A DNA stretch of 62,893 nt, the filler included, from Reclinomonas americana ATCC 50394 (lineage: Eukaryota): assembly GCA_048213135.1 (NCBI GenBank). It is 9 parts of 3 records of this genome, joined end to end, with 100 filler letters (N's around TTAATTAATTAA, not from the genome) between each part and the next. Parts side by side here need not be neighbours in the genome. Positions count along the whole stretch, not along the records: positions 13,267 to 28,575 come from PS015303.1; positions 28,676 to 33,992 come from PS015303.1; positions 34,093 to 36,577 come from PS015303.1; positions 36,678 to 40,213 come from PS015303.1; 5 more parts are not named here. One strand, given 5' to 3'. The position numbers and the translations under genes are program-made. Positions 27,741 to 40,212 of the stretch are shown here, piece after piece. Numbering within the stretch: position 1 is the first letter of the stretch; every line of letters begins with the position of its first letter. The notes under the pieces were generated by a model. That model saw only the letters and a program-made list of their open reading frames with translations, ran no database searches and was not told the origin of the DNA.

Positions 27741-28297
27741 CGTCGTCGGTCGGCAAATTGAAACCGTTGCGGNNNNNNNNNNNNNNNNNNNNNNNNNNNN
27801 NNNNNNNNNNNNNNNNNNNNNNNNNNNNNNNNNNNNNNNNNNNNNNNNNNNNNNNNNNNNNNNNNNNNNNNNNNNNNNNNNNNNNNNNNNNNNNNNNNNN
27901 NNNNNNNNNNNNNNNNNNNNNNNNNNNNNNNNNNNNNNNNNNNNNNNNNNNNNNNNNNNNNNNNNNNNNNNNNNNNNNNNNNNNNNNNNNNNNNNNNNNN
28001 NNNNNNNNNNNNNNNNNNNNNNNNNNNNNNNNNNNNNNNNNNNNNNNNNNNNNNNNNNNNNNNNNNNNNNNNNNNNNNNNNNNNNNNNNNNNNNNNNNNN
28101 NNNNNNNNNNNNNNNNNNNNNNNNNNNNNNNNNNNNNNNNNNNNNNNNNNNNNNNNNNNNNNNNNNNNNNNNNNNNNNNNNNNNNNNNNNNNNNNNNNNN
28201 NNNNNNNNNNNNNNNNNNNNNNNNNNNNNNNNNNNNNNNNNNNNNNNNNNNNNNNNNNNNNNNNNNNNNNNNNNNNNNNNNNNNNNNNNNNNNNNNN

Positions 28298-28494
28298 AGG
28301 AGGAGGAGGACGAAGACGAGGAGATGGACTTGGGTGCCGGCAGTGGTGCGGCAACAGGCAAGGCGCAATTCATCGTCATCAGTCTGAAGGAGGAACTCTT
28401 CCAGTATGCCAACGCCTTGATCGGTATCTACCGTGACGCCGAGGGCGAGTGTTCGCGCACCGTGTCGCTCGACCTGGCACGGTATCCCGAGTGA
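28298..28494 (+). CDS. SMC1: SMC1 C-terminal end (contig inverted)
   Basis: AQFIVISLKEELFQYANALIGIYRD...SRTVSLDLARYPE* matches the SMC1 C-terminal head (ISLK motif). Confidence 0.85.
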
Positions 28495-28689
28495 GCAGTC
28501 TCTCCAACACCGCGCAAGCAAACAATGAACGTGTACGTATTCAATGGACGTCGCCAGGTGAAAAAGTCCTGTCCTNNNNNNNNNNNNNNNNNNNNNNNNN
28601 NNNNNNNNNNNNNNNNNNNTTAATTAATTAANNNNNNNNNNNNNNNNNNNNNNNNNNNNNNNNNNNNNNNNNNNNAACATACACGGCCT

Positions 28690-31243
28690 CGGCGCCCGAA
28701 TCCGCGCCGCGTCGTCGGCGACGCCGAGAGCCGGGACTGAGTTGCGAGTCCTACACACAAGAGGCATGAGAGAGGTGCAACATCCATTGCAGCCACAAAA
28801 AAAACACAAGCAGACCTCGCCATCCGCTCCGCCATCCAACAACTGCGACTCCTCCTCGGCGTCCTCGTCAGGGTAGATGGCCTCCGAGGTCTCCAGAGAC
28901 AAGTCACCGCTCTCGGCCCGCTTCTCTCCTTCATCATCATCGTCGTCGTCATCGTCGTCATCATCATCATCGTCGTCGTCCGACGCCATGTCAGCGTCTC
29001 CGTCACTGTCGCTCTCCTCGTCGCGGCCACGCTTGCCACCCTTCTTACCAGCCTTGCCCTTCTTCTTCTTGGCCGCGGCCTTGGCTTTCTTGGCTGCCTT
29101 GCTCTGCTGTTGCTGCCTGGCGGCCGCGGCGGAGGTGGCGGTCTTGGCACGCTTGGACGGCTGTCGGCCCTCGGATGCAGTGGGAATATCGACCTCCTCC
29201 AGCTTGGCCGTCTTGTAGATACGAGCTCGACCTGCACGCAGTGTGGCCAGGCGCGTGTCGGCGTCGGCCACTTGCGCCTCGATCTTGATTCTCTCGTCGG
29301 TGCGCTGCTTACGATCGGCACGAAGCTGCTTCACCTTGACCTCCAGCGTGTCGCACGCCGTCTTGCACTCTTCGCGCTGCTTCAGTGCCGTCCGCACCTC
29401 CTCGCGCAGCTGCACACACACACAGAGTCACGCCTCAGTTTCGAGTCACATGAGCAGCAACAGCAGCCACCGAGTGTATCAGAACGCACCTCGTCGACCT
29501 TGCTCTGCAACTGCTGCTGCGTCTTCTGCGCCTTCTTCAGCTCCTTTTCGGCCTCCTCCACCTGCTTCGTCAGGTCGCGCTCCGTGTCGGCACTGACACG
29601 CGCACTCTCGTACTCGATCTTGGCCTTGACCTTGTTGATCTGCTGCTCGTACTGCGACCGTTTCTCGATCTTCTCCATCGCCGTGCGCACATACTTCTCC
29701 TCGTACTCGCGGATATCGCGCACACCCATCTGTCGCGAGAACGGGCGGAAAATGTCGTCGGTCTTGCGCGCCTTTTCGCCCTCGATGCGGTCGATCTCTC
29801 GCCTGCGCTTTGTCTGCGTGTCCTCCAGCTGCGCATCACAAATGGGTGAGGAGAGACTGCCTACAAATCATGGGCGGAGAGAGAGAGAGAGCGCGCACAC
29901 AGTACACACCTCCAGCAGGCGTACACGTCGATTGGCGATCTCGGCCTCGGTCTGCGCCAGATCCTTCTCCAACTGTGTGACCTTTTTCGTTGTGTCTTCC
30001 AGGTCCAACGTGATGCTGCTGATCTGCGACTCCAGTGTCACGCGCTGCTGATTCAGCTGGTTGACACGAGACACCAGATCCGACTCTTCTTGTCGCAGAC
30101 GACGCATGTCCGATCCCTGCCGACCGTTTTTGAGCAACGGAGAGAGGGGGAACAGACGGACTTGCACACACACACACAACACACCTGAGTGTCACGAAGC
30201 CTCTTGAGCTCCTCCTTGGAACGGGTGCCGTCGGAGACCTTGGCTGCACGCTTACGCAGTCCCGAGTGGCCACTCGCCATCAGACCGTTCTTGTGAATGA
30301 CGGCACCGTCGAGGGTGGCCGCCTTCACTCGAATGCTGCCGCCAAAGCAATGACGCCGTGCCTCGTCCAGCGAGTCACAAATGATGGCGTTGGCGCAGGC
30401 AAACTGCACGGCGCGCTCGATTGTCGGGTCGCACTTGATGACATCGAAGGCCAGCTTGGCGGAACCTCCGAGCTGTCGCAGATGCTCGTTGATCGGCTTG
30501 ACCTTGATGGTGTCGAGCGGCAGGAATGTCGCCACACCCGTCTGATGCTCCTTCAAGTACGTCAGGCACTCCTTGGCCGTCTCGGCCGTGTCCACCACCA
30601 CGGCGTCGAAATTGCGGCCAAAGAGTGCCGTCACCGCCACCGTGTACTCGCGACGCATCTGAGAGTGACAAAAGAGAGAGAGGGAGAATCTGTGTCAACG
30701 ACGACGACACACACTGATTCAAGCGCAAAAAAAATGCACCTGCACAAGGTCATGCAAGCGACCCTTGACGCCTCGATTGGTGAGCTTCATCTGCTCAATG
30801 GCGTCCTGCATGCGTCGCTCACGCTGCGTCTCCTGCTCCGACGACCGCGCCGACTGCAGCTCCGTCTCAGTCGCTGCCTGAGCCTGCGCAAGTGCAGTCT
30901 TGCGCTGCACGATCTGCTGCTGTTGGTTCTCCGTCTCGCGAATGTCGGCGACGAGCGTGCGCAGCGCCTGCTTCTTGGTCGACAGGGCCTCGGCAAGCTG
31001 CTCCTTGCGATGCACGCCTACAGAAAAGGAGTGAGGTAGTCTGCCGCAAGCAGCGAGCCACATGCAGCACACACGCCGCAACTCTTGTCGAGGCGATCGT
31101 GATGGTGGCCCTTTTGTGTGGCCAACCGCTCCGACTCGCCCTCGAGGAGGCGCTGCATCTCCGCGTCGGAGGCCGCCTGTCGAGTGAGCTGATTCAGCTG
31201 CTGATCGAGTGTGAGCGTGGCCTGCCCAGCATCCTCCTTCCTG
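28690..31243 (-). CDS. SMC1: SMC1 hinge and coiled-coil arms
   Basis: GVKGRLHDL, YTVAVTALFGRNFDAVVVDT, ATFLPLDTIKVKPINEHLR, VKAATLDGAVIHKNGLMASG, IFRPFSRQMGVRDIREYEE, KLEEVDIP. Confidence 0.92.
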
Positions 31244-31759
31244 CAAGGGCGGGTGAGCGAACAAGGAAACGATTGTCGGTAATCGACGACGACGGCAGCA
31301 GCAGCAGNNNNNNNNNNNNNNNNNNNNNNNNNNNNNNNNNNNNNNNNNNNNNNNNNNNNNNNNNNNNNNNNNNNNNNNNNNNNNNNNNNNNNNNNNNNNN
31401 NNNNNNNNNNNNNNNNNNNNNNNNNNNNNNNNNNNNNNNNNNNNNNNNNNNNNNNNNNNNNNNNNNNNNNNNNNNNNNNNNNNNNNNNNNNNNNNNNNNN
31501 NNNNNNNNNNNNNNNNNNNNNNNNNNNNNNNNNNNNNNNNNNNNNNNNNNNNNNNNNNNNNNNNNNNNNNNNNNNNNNNNNNNNNNNNNNNNNNNNNNNN
31601 NNNNNNNNNNNNNNNNNNNNNNNNNNNNNNNNNNNNNNNNNNNNNNNNNNNNNNNNNNNNNNNNNNNNNNNNNNNNNNNNNNNNNNNNNNNNNNNNNNNN
31701 NNNNNNNNNNNNNNNCTTGTTGGCCACTCTCTCTCACTCACTCATTTGTGGCAACGCAG

Positions 31760-32546
31760 GGCGACGTGCAAAGTGTGTCGACCAAGGCGCCCCGCGAGCT
31801 CACCGCACTCATTGAGGATATCAGTGGTTCCGCAAGGTACCGCGACGAGTACACCACCACCCGACACGAGCTGGAGAAGGTATCCCTCGTCTTCATCACC
31901 CTTCCCGCTGTCTGTGCATTGCTGCTCAATTGCTGTGCGTAGAAAAACGACGAGCTGGCCATTGCGGCGAACCGGAAGCGTGGCATCGCATCGGAGAAGA
32001 AGGAGTACAAGCAGCAGCTGGAGGAGATGAAGCGCTTCAAAGAGCTGCGTACGGAACGAGCGGCACTGCGCACGGAGCGTGCGCTGTTCGAGTTGTACCA
32101 GACGGAGCTCGAGGTGAACAAGTGGAAGGGCGCCAGCGACCGCTTGCACGACAAGCTGGAGGACGCGGAGGCCGGTGAGCAGGCTGCTGCACGGCGACTG
32201 CAGCATCAGGAGAAGGATCTGGGAGAGGCGCAAAAGGCGGCGTTGAAGGCCGAGGCGGTGTACAAGAAGGTCAACGCGGCCATCACCAAGGAGCGGCCGC
32301 GAGTGGTGCAGGCGGAGCGCGAGTGCAATCACCTCACGCGCCGTGTGGAATCGCTGCGGGACCAGCTCGGAACCGTGCATCACGAGAAGAAGAGCGTCGA
32401 GGAGACGGTGGAGAGTTTGCAGGAGAGCCTGGATGAGCTGCAGGAGGCACTGGATGCGTTCGAAAGGCAAGCGTCGGTGGGCGAGAGCCAGGACTTTTCG
32501 CAGCTGCTCGGCTCGCAGATGGACGAGTACAATCGACTGTTTCGTG
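31760..32546 (+). CDS. SMC1: SMC1 N-terminal head end and first coiled coil (contig inverted)
   Basis: GDVQSVSTKAPRELTALIEDISGS, KRGIASEKKEYKQQLEEMKRF, LFELY. Confidence 0.9.
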
Positions 32547-33467
32547 NNNNNNNNNNNNNNNNNNNNNNNNNNNNNNNNNNNNNNNNNNNNNNNNNNNNNN
32601 NNNNNNNNNNNNNNNNNNNNNNNNNNNNNNNNNNNNNNNNNNNNNNNNNNNNNNNNNNNNNNNNNNNNNNNNNNNNNNNNNNNNNNNNNNNNNNNNNNNN
32701 NNNNNNNNNNNNNNNNNNNNNNNNNNNNNNNNNNNNNNNNNNNNNNNNNNNNNNNNNNNNNNNNNNNNNNNNNNNNNNNNNNNNNNNNNNNNNNNNNNNN
32801 NNNNNNNNNNNNNNNNNNNNNNNNNNNNNNNNNNNNNNNNNNNNNNNNNNNNNNNNNNNNNNNNNNNNNNNNNNNNNNNNNNNNNNNNNNNNNNNNNNNN
32901 NNNNNNNNNNNNNNNNNNNNNNNNNNNNNNNNNNNNNNNNNNNNNNNNNNNNNNNNNNNNNNNNNNNNNNNNNNNNNNNNNNNNNNNNNNNNNNNNNNNN
33001 NNNNNNNNNNNNNNNNNNNNNNNNNNNNNNNNNNNNNNNNNNNNNNNNNNNNNNNNNNNNNNNNNNNNNNNNNNNNNNNNNNNNNNNNNNNNNNNNNNNN
33101 NNNNNNNNNNNNNNNNNNNNNNNNNNNNNNNNNNNNNNNNNNNNNNNNNNNNNNNNNNNNNNNNNNNNNNNNNNNNNNNNNNNNNNNNNNNNNNNNNNNN
33201 NNNNNNNNNNNNNNNNNNNNNNNNNNNNNNNNNNNNNNNNNNNNNNNNNNNNNNNNNNNNNNNNNNNNNNNNNNNNNNNNNNNNNNNNNNNNNNNNNNNN
33301 NNNNNNNNNNNNNNNNNNNNNNNNNNNNNNNNNNNNNNNNNNNNNNNNNNNNNNNNNNNNNNNNNNNNNNNNNNNNNNNNNNNNNNNNNNNNNNNNNNNN
33401 NNNNNNNNNNNNNNNNNNNNNNNNNNNNNNNNNNNNNNNNNNNNNNNNNNNNNNNNNNNNNNNNNNN

Positions 33468-33480
33468 TGTGTGTGTGTTG

Positions 33481-33531
<51 letters not shown>
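33468..33531. repeat. (GT)n microsatellite; complement of the (CA)n at 34093-34142, probably the same intron
   Basis: Direct inspection. The two runs flank consecutive SMC1 exons on opposite strands. Confidence 0.85.
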
Positions 33532-33533
<2 letters not shown>

Positions 33534-33599
33534 GTCTCTTGTTTGCCGACATGTCCAAGTGTGACTTTGGTCGTCTCTCACTTTGATGATGCGACGCAG

Positions 33600-33974
33600 G
33601 CAAGTCGAACCTGATGGATGCCATTTGCTTTGTGATGGGAGTGCGTGCGGCGGCACTTCGATCGCACCAGCTGAAGGATCTGGTGTATGCTGGTGATGGT
33701 GGCGGCGGCAAGGTTTGTGTGTGGGAGTCTCGTGCGCTTTGACGCGCCGATGCCGACTCGTTGTGCGCAGCGTGCTCCGCAGCGGGCGTACGTGCGACTG
33801 GTCTACAAGGAGTCGGAGAGCAGTGATCGCGAGACGCACTTTGAGCGACACATCACAGCCGCAGGCGCGAGTGAGTATCGCATCGACGGGCGACAGCGCA
33901 CGTGGGACGAGTACAATGCGGCGCTGAGCGAGCGAGGCATCGACACTCGGGCGCGAAACTTTCTCGTGTTCCAG
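33600..33974 (+). CDS. SMC1: SMC1 N-terminal head (Walker A continuation to Q-loop; contig inverted)
   Basis: KSNLMDAICFVMGVRAAALRSHQLKDLVY ... SEYRIDG ... GIDTRARNFLVFQ. Confidence 0.92.
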
Positions 33975-34092
33975 GCACGTGCATTCCTGCTANNNNNNNN
34001 NNNNNNNNNNNNNNNNNNNNNNNNNNNNNNNNNNNNTTAATTAATTAANNNNNNNNNNNNNNNNNNNNNNNNNNNNNNNNNNNNNNNNNNNN

Positions 34093-34146
<54 letters not shown>

Positions 34147-34157
34147 CACACACGCAC

Positions 34158-34364
34158 CAGCGCCATTGGGTCCCACGACAGCGGTGAACTGGCGAAAGGG
34201 GCCAATCACCTGGTGACCGCGGTAGCTCTTGAAGTTCTCGACCTCCAGGCGGTCAATGAACCCCTGTGAATGACAGGCAAAAGCGAGTGAGTCACACACG
34301 GAGAGAGGGCACGAGGGAGAGATAGAGAGAGCGAGAGGGAGAGAGAGAGAGGCGCACACACCAT
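34158..34364 (-). CDS. SMC1: SMC1 first exons
   Basis: ATG-only exon (34362-34364), intron 34264-34361, then [36 protein letters not shown] (Walker A start). Confidence 0.92.
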
Positions 34365-34455
34365 TCTCCGTCACACTTCAATCGACCTCGATACGAAGGG
34401 TTTGCGTCGATTTCCCGCGTCGCGAGCACTCCCGCAATCTCCTTTCCTTTCGCCA

Positions 34456-35306
34456 ATGCCAGAGTTCTGGGTGCTGCGCTGTGCTCTGTGTGGCATGTTC
34501 CAGGTGCAGCAGGCCATCAAGGCGAAAAACTGGGCCTGCCGTGTGTGCCACAGTCGCCAGTCGGTCATGAAAGTGTGGGGTGAGTGTCCATTCTGTGTGT
34601 GTGTTTGCTTGGCGTGTGTGTGAGCTGACACGCACGCACAGGCAAGGCGGAGCAGGCGAAACCCATGCGTGCGCTGGTCCAGGAGCTGAACATGACAGCG
34701 GGAACTCTTCGCGAGCAGGTGACTGCCACTGCCGCACCTCGTTCACCTTCTCCTCCACCTCCTCCTCCACCTCCTCCTCCCCCACGATGGAAGCAGTTCG
34801 TCTCCTCAGAGGCGGTGAAGAAGGAGGAAGAGGAGGAGGAAGAGGACACTGGCACTGTCGGCACCTACAAGGGTCTTCCAGTGGTCACCGCGTTGCCGTC
34901 GAGTGACGGCCACGCGCGTGTGAGTCGCCCGCGACAGCGCAAGAGCGCCACTGCCACACGTCGACCCGCCGCATCACCGTCACCACCACAACAACAACGA
35001 TCAGGGGATTCACCACCGCACAAACGCGCACGACACCACCGCGCCACTACAGTGTTGGAGGAGACGTGGGATGTGCTCGCGGCGGATGAGCCAGCTTCGG
35101 CGGCGACACGATACGCTGCGCCTGCCTACGATGATGATGATGATGATGATGGTGGTGGTGATGATGTGGATCGCCAGCAAGCAGCAGCAGCAACGGCAGC
35201 AGCGTATGAGTATGATGATGATGATGATGATGGCGGGAATGCAATCGTGACAGTGACGGCGGCGGAGTTGGCCGCGCTCTCGCGACGCAGTGGTGGTGGA
35301 TGGTGA
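34456..35306 (+). CDS. MRNIP: MRN complex-interacting protein-like (C5orf45/UPF0544 N-terminal Zn ribbon)
   Basis: FWVLRCALCGMFQVQQAIKAKNWACRVCHSRQSVMKVWG|KAEQAKPMRALVQELNM matches the MRNIP N-terminal CxxC..FQ..W.C..C...QS pattern, followed by a disordered acidic tail. Confidence 0.8.
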
Positions 35307-35351
35307 ATAGTGTATAGCACGCCATGTGTGAGTAACAGAAGAGAGAGAGGT

Positions 35352-36576
35352 TCATTGCGGTTCTGTCCACAGCACGTACGCGAGACCGGCGATGAGTGAC
35401 AACACAAATGTGGCCACCAGCACCTGGCCGATGAGACAGCCACGGTCGCTGCGTTCTTCTGCGCGCTGATACCGTAACCGCCGTCGCCTCTCTTCTTCTT
35501 CCACCTCATCGTCGTCGTCTGCGAAGCCCGCTCTCTTCATTTGCGATGCAATCAAAAAACTTGTCGTCGTGTTTTGTCCGCCGACCGTCACTCGCCGTCG
35601 GTGAGCGACTGGAGCGCCTGGCGAATGTTTCGCCGCTGCAGCATCTTGGCGATCGTGTGGCTCATCTCGCGAATGTTGAACTCGACGCGTGTGCCCTCGA
35701 ATACGGAGCGGTACTGGCGATAGGCGATCGCCATGCGACCGCACACGCAGTCGACGCCGTACAGCGCCAGGGTCAACGCAAAGTCGCGATGCACGTCGTC
35801 GCGGCTGAGACGCACGCTGTCGTCGGCGGAGGCCTGCTGCCGCGTCTCTGCGTACAGGTCCAGCAGCTCGTTCTCCAGTTCCTCCGACAGCGGGTAGATG
35901 GTCGACAAGTAGAAGAAGAGATCGTACGCTCTGCGCGTGCGTGCAGCAACAGGGATGAGTGCGAGCAAAAGGGGGGGACAAGCACGTATACGCAACCCGT
36001 TTCCAACACCGAAACCCTGCCAGTCGACCAGCACCGCCTCGACATTGCCGTCGTCCTTGTGCACGTACAGCGTGTTGTCGGGGCGCGGATCCACGTGAAT
36101 GAGCGTGGCCGCGTTGTCGCGGTTGAGGTGCGCAAAGGCACGCTCCCACAGCGGCGCGTCCTTGATCAGCAGCTCCAGCAGCGGCTCGATGACCTCAATG
36201 ACCTCCGGGTCTTTGGTCTCGAACAACAGTCGCAAGTCACTGCGCATGTGGTTAACAAGCACTCCGTCTCCGCACTGCGCGAGTGGCAACAAACCTGGCC
36301 GCCGTCTGCTCGAGCGACACAAACGCCTCACGCATGCTCTGCGGCTCTCCATCGTCGCGGTACCGCGCCGTCGCCCCGCCGCCAGTCACATGATGCACAA
36401 ACGGCTCGGCGCCACTCGCCAGCCGCGCAGTCTGCGTCGGACCCGCCCAGTGCGCATGCAGCGCCGCCAGCGAACGCATCACCGCCCTGTGCTCCTCCAC
36501 CGACTGTCCCACGCGCTGATCGCCAACCCGCGCTCCACGCGCCTCCACGAGATTCTCCAGCACCAACGTGAACTCA
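35352..36576 (-). CDS. Ecdysteroid kinase-like / APH-choline kinase family phosphotransferase with C-terminal TM helix (5' partial)
   Basis: LVLENL, LAALHAHW, TLIHVDPRPDN (Brenner-like), VLVDWQ, AYDLFFYL; last exon GCLIGQVLVATFVLSLIAGLAYVLW. Confidence 0.8.
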
Positions 36577-36936
36577 TNNNNNNNNNNNNNNNNNNNNNNN
36601 NNNNNNNNNNNNNNNNNNNNNTTAATTAATTAANNNNNNNNNNNNNNNNNNNNNNNNNNNNNNNNNNNNNNNNNNNNGACGGGCGACATTGTGCTGCCGA
36701 GTGTGGCTCCTCGCCTGATCACCACGCCCGCCATTGCGCCCCGTGCACGTCGCCCGACCTCCACGCGCTCCGATGTTGCGCTCGTCTTCCTCTCTTCCTC
36801 TCTCGCTCGTTGCATTCCTGTTGCTCACAAAACGCGCACCCAGCACTCGTCACACTCGCAACACTCGCGACACTCGCAAGGATCGCCACACAAGCACAAC
36901 ACGCCCAGTCCAACAGGCCCGCTGAAGCGCCAGTAC

Positions 36937-38052
36937 ATGCGACAGTCTTCCGGTCGCGCTCGTGCCAACTCGGAACGCTCCGTGGCACCACCGCAGCTGC
37001 TACCAAGTGCTCCTCGTTCGCGCAGGGTTTGTGAATCATTTTTGACAGTTTTTTCTTTGCGTACTGAATGCCTGACTCCCTTCTCTCAGCAAACGTCGCT
37101 GGATGTCACCGGCGGTGCCGCGCATGTTGCCGCCGCTCCGGCGGGAACACCCGTATCAATATCATCGTCGCGCACCAGCACCCCGATTGTCACCAAGCAC
37201 ACCGAGGTTCTTTTCGTCTCGCTTCTTGCTTTATTGGCCATGTTGCTGAACTCTTGTGCGCAGGAATCGCCGGACGGTGACATGATCACCACCATTTCCC
37301 TGACCACCACGACCACGACCACCACCACCACGCGAGCCGTTCTGCGACACAAAAAGGGCGAAAATGCACCCGCAGCTCCGATGCACGAGCTGATGCTCGT
37401 CGCCGACACCACGCCGCTGCCACCGCCTCCGCCGCGGAACAAGTTTGTGCTACAGTTACACTTCTTTCTCCGCCCTGCGCGCCTGGGTGAAGTGGTTGGG
37501 TGATTGCTGATCCACGCCGACAGATCGCCGTCGTCACCGCCCGTCTCTCCACCGAAACCAACAAGTATCCCGGCGCCGACGCCGACGTTGCTCGCATCAC
37601 CTCCGACTGCGGCGCTGCCGGTGCCGCCGACCGACAGTGGTCGCCGTGGATCCGCGCCGTCGGTGGAGTTGCCTCCGCCGTCTCCGTTGCTGGTCGGCCT
37701 CTCCAAATCCAACAGCGCGCGTGTCGGTGCGTTTATTTTTTGCACGCCGCAGATTGTGATGTCCAATTTCTCACTCGCCATTTCTTTCCGCATCACAGCG
37801 GGCAGCTCGGGCGGTGTGGGCGCAGCAGCCGCCATGTCGGTGGTCACCACGTACACGGCATCGTCGGGCTCCTCGTCACCCAAACGCCTTCTCAGCCCGG
37901 CACGTGTGGTTCGGTCGTTCTCCGAGTCGGTGTTCATGGTGCCGGATGTGACGCCTGCCGGCGGCGCTGCTGCGGCTGCTATGGTCGTCGCTGGCGGTGA
38001 TGATCCCGACTGGTGTGTAGTAGACAATCCGCTGCGTCGCCCGCACCGATAG
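36937..38052 (+). CDS. Uncharacterised Pro/Ser/Thr-rich disordered protein
   Basis: Chain of GT-AG-bounded P/S/T-rich exons ending DDPDWCVVDNPLRRPHR*. Confidence 0.45.
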
Positions 38053-38209
38053 AGGGGGGCGCCAGATAGAAGTCGCTCTCTCGTTCTTTCTCTTTTGTCT
38101 TTGCCCGCCCATGTGTTTTATTATTTTCCTCCTGCCCCTGTGTTGTGTGTTGCGCGTTTCTGTTGTTGTTTCAATACATTAAAATCGTGTGTGTCGCTTT
38201 CCATGCAAC

Positions 38210-40212
38210 TCATAGCTCCAGCTGCATCAACTCCTCGTGTGTGAATCGGCTCTTGCCCTCGCTGACAGAGAGCACGCGCTCGAATTCGGCTCGCAGGCGT
38301 TCCCTGCACGTCCGCAACATGAGAGTGAGGAAACCGAGCGGCCGACAGACTTCCTGTCGAGAGAACACGCACCTCGTCTCATTCAGCTGCTTGCTCACTT
38401 CGCGAACGAGATCCACGTGCTGGCGCGCGGTACGGGAGGGTGACCTCTCAAACTCCGAGGCAGCCGCTTGGAATTCCACGAGCAAAATGTCAACCTGCAT
38501 CACCATGGCGACACTCAGTGACCACTCAGACCAGCTACTCGCGCTCACTCTTGTGGCGCACCCGCTCTTGCAGTTTCTCGAACAGATACACGACTTTTCG
38601 ACCGAGCCACACGGCGCCCTGGCAGAATTGCTTCTGGTCGGCCTCTGCGTATGCCTGCAACGGGTGGAAATCAGAGCCTGTGCACGGCATTGCAATCATC
38701 GACGACGACACCGCACACACCGCCTGCCAGTCCTCGAATCGCTGCTCCAGCTCCCTCTTCTCCAGCTGCAACTCGGCAATCTGGCGCGAGAGTGCCTCCA
38801 CCGACGACAAGCTCGACTCGAGCAGGTTGCGCTCCAGTCGGTCACTCGTCTTTTTCTTCTTGGCCGACCCCGTTTTCTCTGCACCCACACACGAAGTGAG
38901 TACTTTGCATCATCGTAAACGCAGAGACGTCTCTCGGCAACAAAACTCTTCGACTCGTCGCGCAGCTTGCGCCGCAAAAACTCGGCGCGCTGTCGCTGAA
39001 TCTCCTCGCCATACGGGCGTCGCTGGTCAATTTGCCTCCGCAGGTCGTCGCACTCGATCTCGTACTCCTCGGCCAGTCGCGCCAGTGCCAGTCTGCGTGA
39101 CAGAATGTCGGTAAACAGACCGCGACAAATAGTGTGAATGCAGCGGACCTCTGCTTTCGCCTCCAGATATTGTTCAGCCGCAGCAGCAAGTCGTGGAACA
39201 GAGACGGCGAGAGGAATGAAGCGTGGTCGGTGCGGAAGTCCTGCGACAGGAAATGAGGGAAGGGAGCGGAAGGGAGGATGGGGGATAGGACGCAACATTG
39301 ACCACATCCACTGTTTCACTGGGCACCCAATGATCGCCCTCCTCGTCGTCCACAGTGGCACGATCCAGCTGCACCAAGCACACGTGTGAGACGCACACAG
39401 AATTCGCAACTTCATCATACAATACAACACACCGGCAGAGCCGCCTGCGCAATCGACTTCATTTCTCGGAGCGTCTCGGCCAGCGTGGTCGGTTCGGATG
39501 CTCCGCCGCCAGCAGCCGCACCACCACCACCACCGACACGAGAGGAGGCCAGCGTCGCAGCTGGTGGCGGTACATAACTGAGTGGCACGTCGCCCCAGTC
39601 CATGCGCTCCACCATGCGCCGGAACTCGGGTGCCGTCTGCAGAATGTTGAAGAGTCGCGCCACGTTCTTCTGCTCACGCAATGAATCAGCCGTGCACACA
39701 AATAGCAGGGCATGAACCCCCTCAAAAAACCGCCAACACTCAACTCGCAGCATGTGGTTCTCCTCCTCGAGCTTCAGCGACTCACGCTGTCGCGACATGA
39801 CATCGGCAATCTCCCGCGCCGACAAGTGCGACACATGCAGACTCTTCTCCCGCATCTCCTGCTCGTGATCCACTGCACACCGCCGACATGAGCACGCTAT
39901 TCTTGCGCTTCTGCTACAGCTATCATGGCAGCACACACACCCTCCACATGTCGCAGCTGCTGCCGCAAGGCCGCCACCTTGTCGCGTTCCGCCTCCAACA
40001 GCGATCGATAGTACCGAATGTCCTCCGCCTGCGCCTCGATCTTGGCGGCGGCCAAGCGCGCCTGTCGCTGCGCCAGCTCCGCCTCCGACTCACGCGCATC
40101 CAGTGCCCCATAGTGCCCCACAATCTCATGCTCCCGCGAGTCACTGAGCTTCTCCAGCTGTCGCGTCACCTCGCGCAGCTGGTGCGACTGGCGACGACTC
40201 ACATCCAGCTCT
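38210..40212 (-). CDS. Uncharacterised coiled-coil protein (5' partial)
   Basis: Multiple E/R/L/Q-rich exons (e.g. LSRQIAELQLEKRELEQRFED, LKLEEENHMLR) separated by short introns; stop at 38210. Confidence 0.6.

Noticed and set aside
28298..34364. Ciliate-like gene scrambling or trans-splicing of SMC1 and ARHGAP39
   Set aside because: All strand switches coincide with N-gaps and in-place inversion restores colinearity; assembly error is far more parsimonious.
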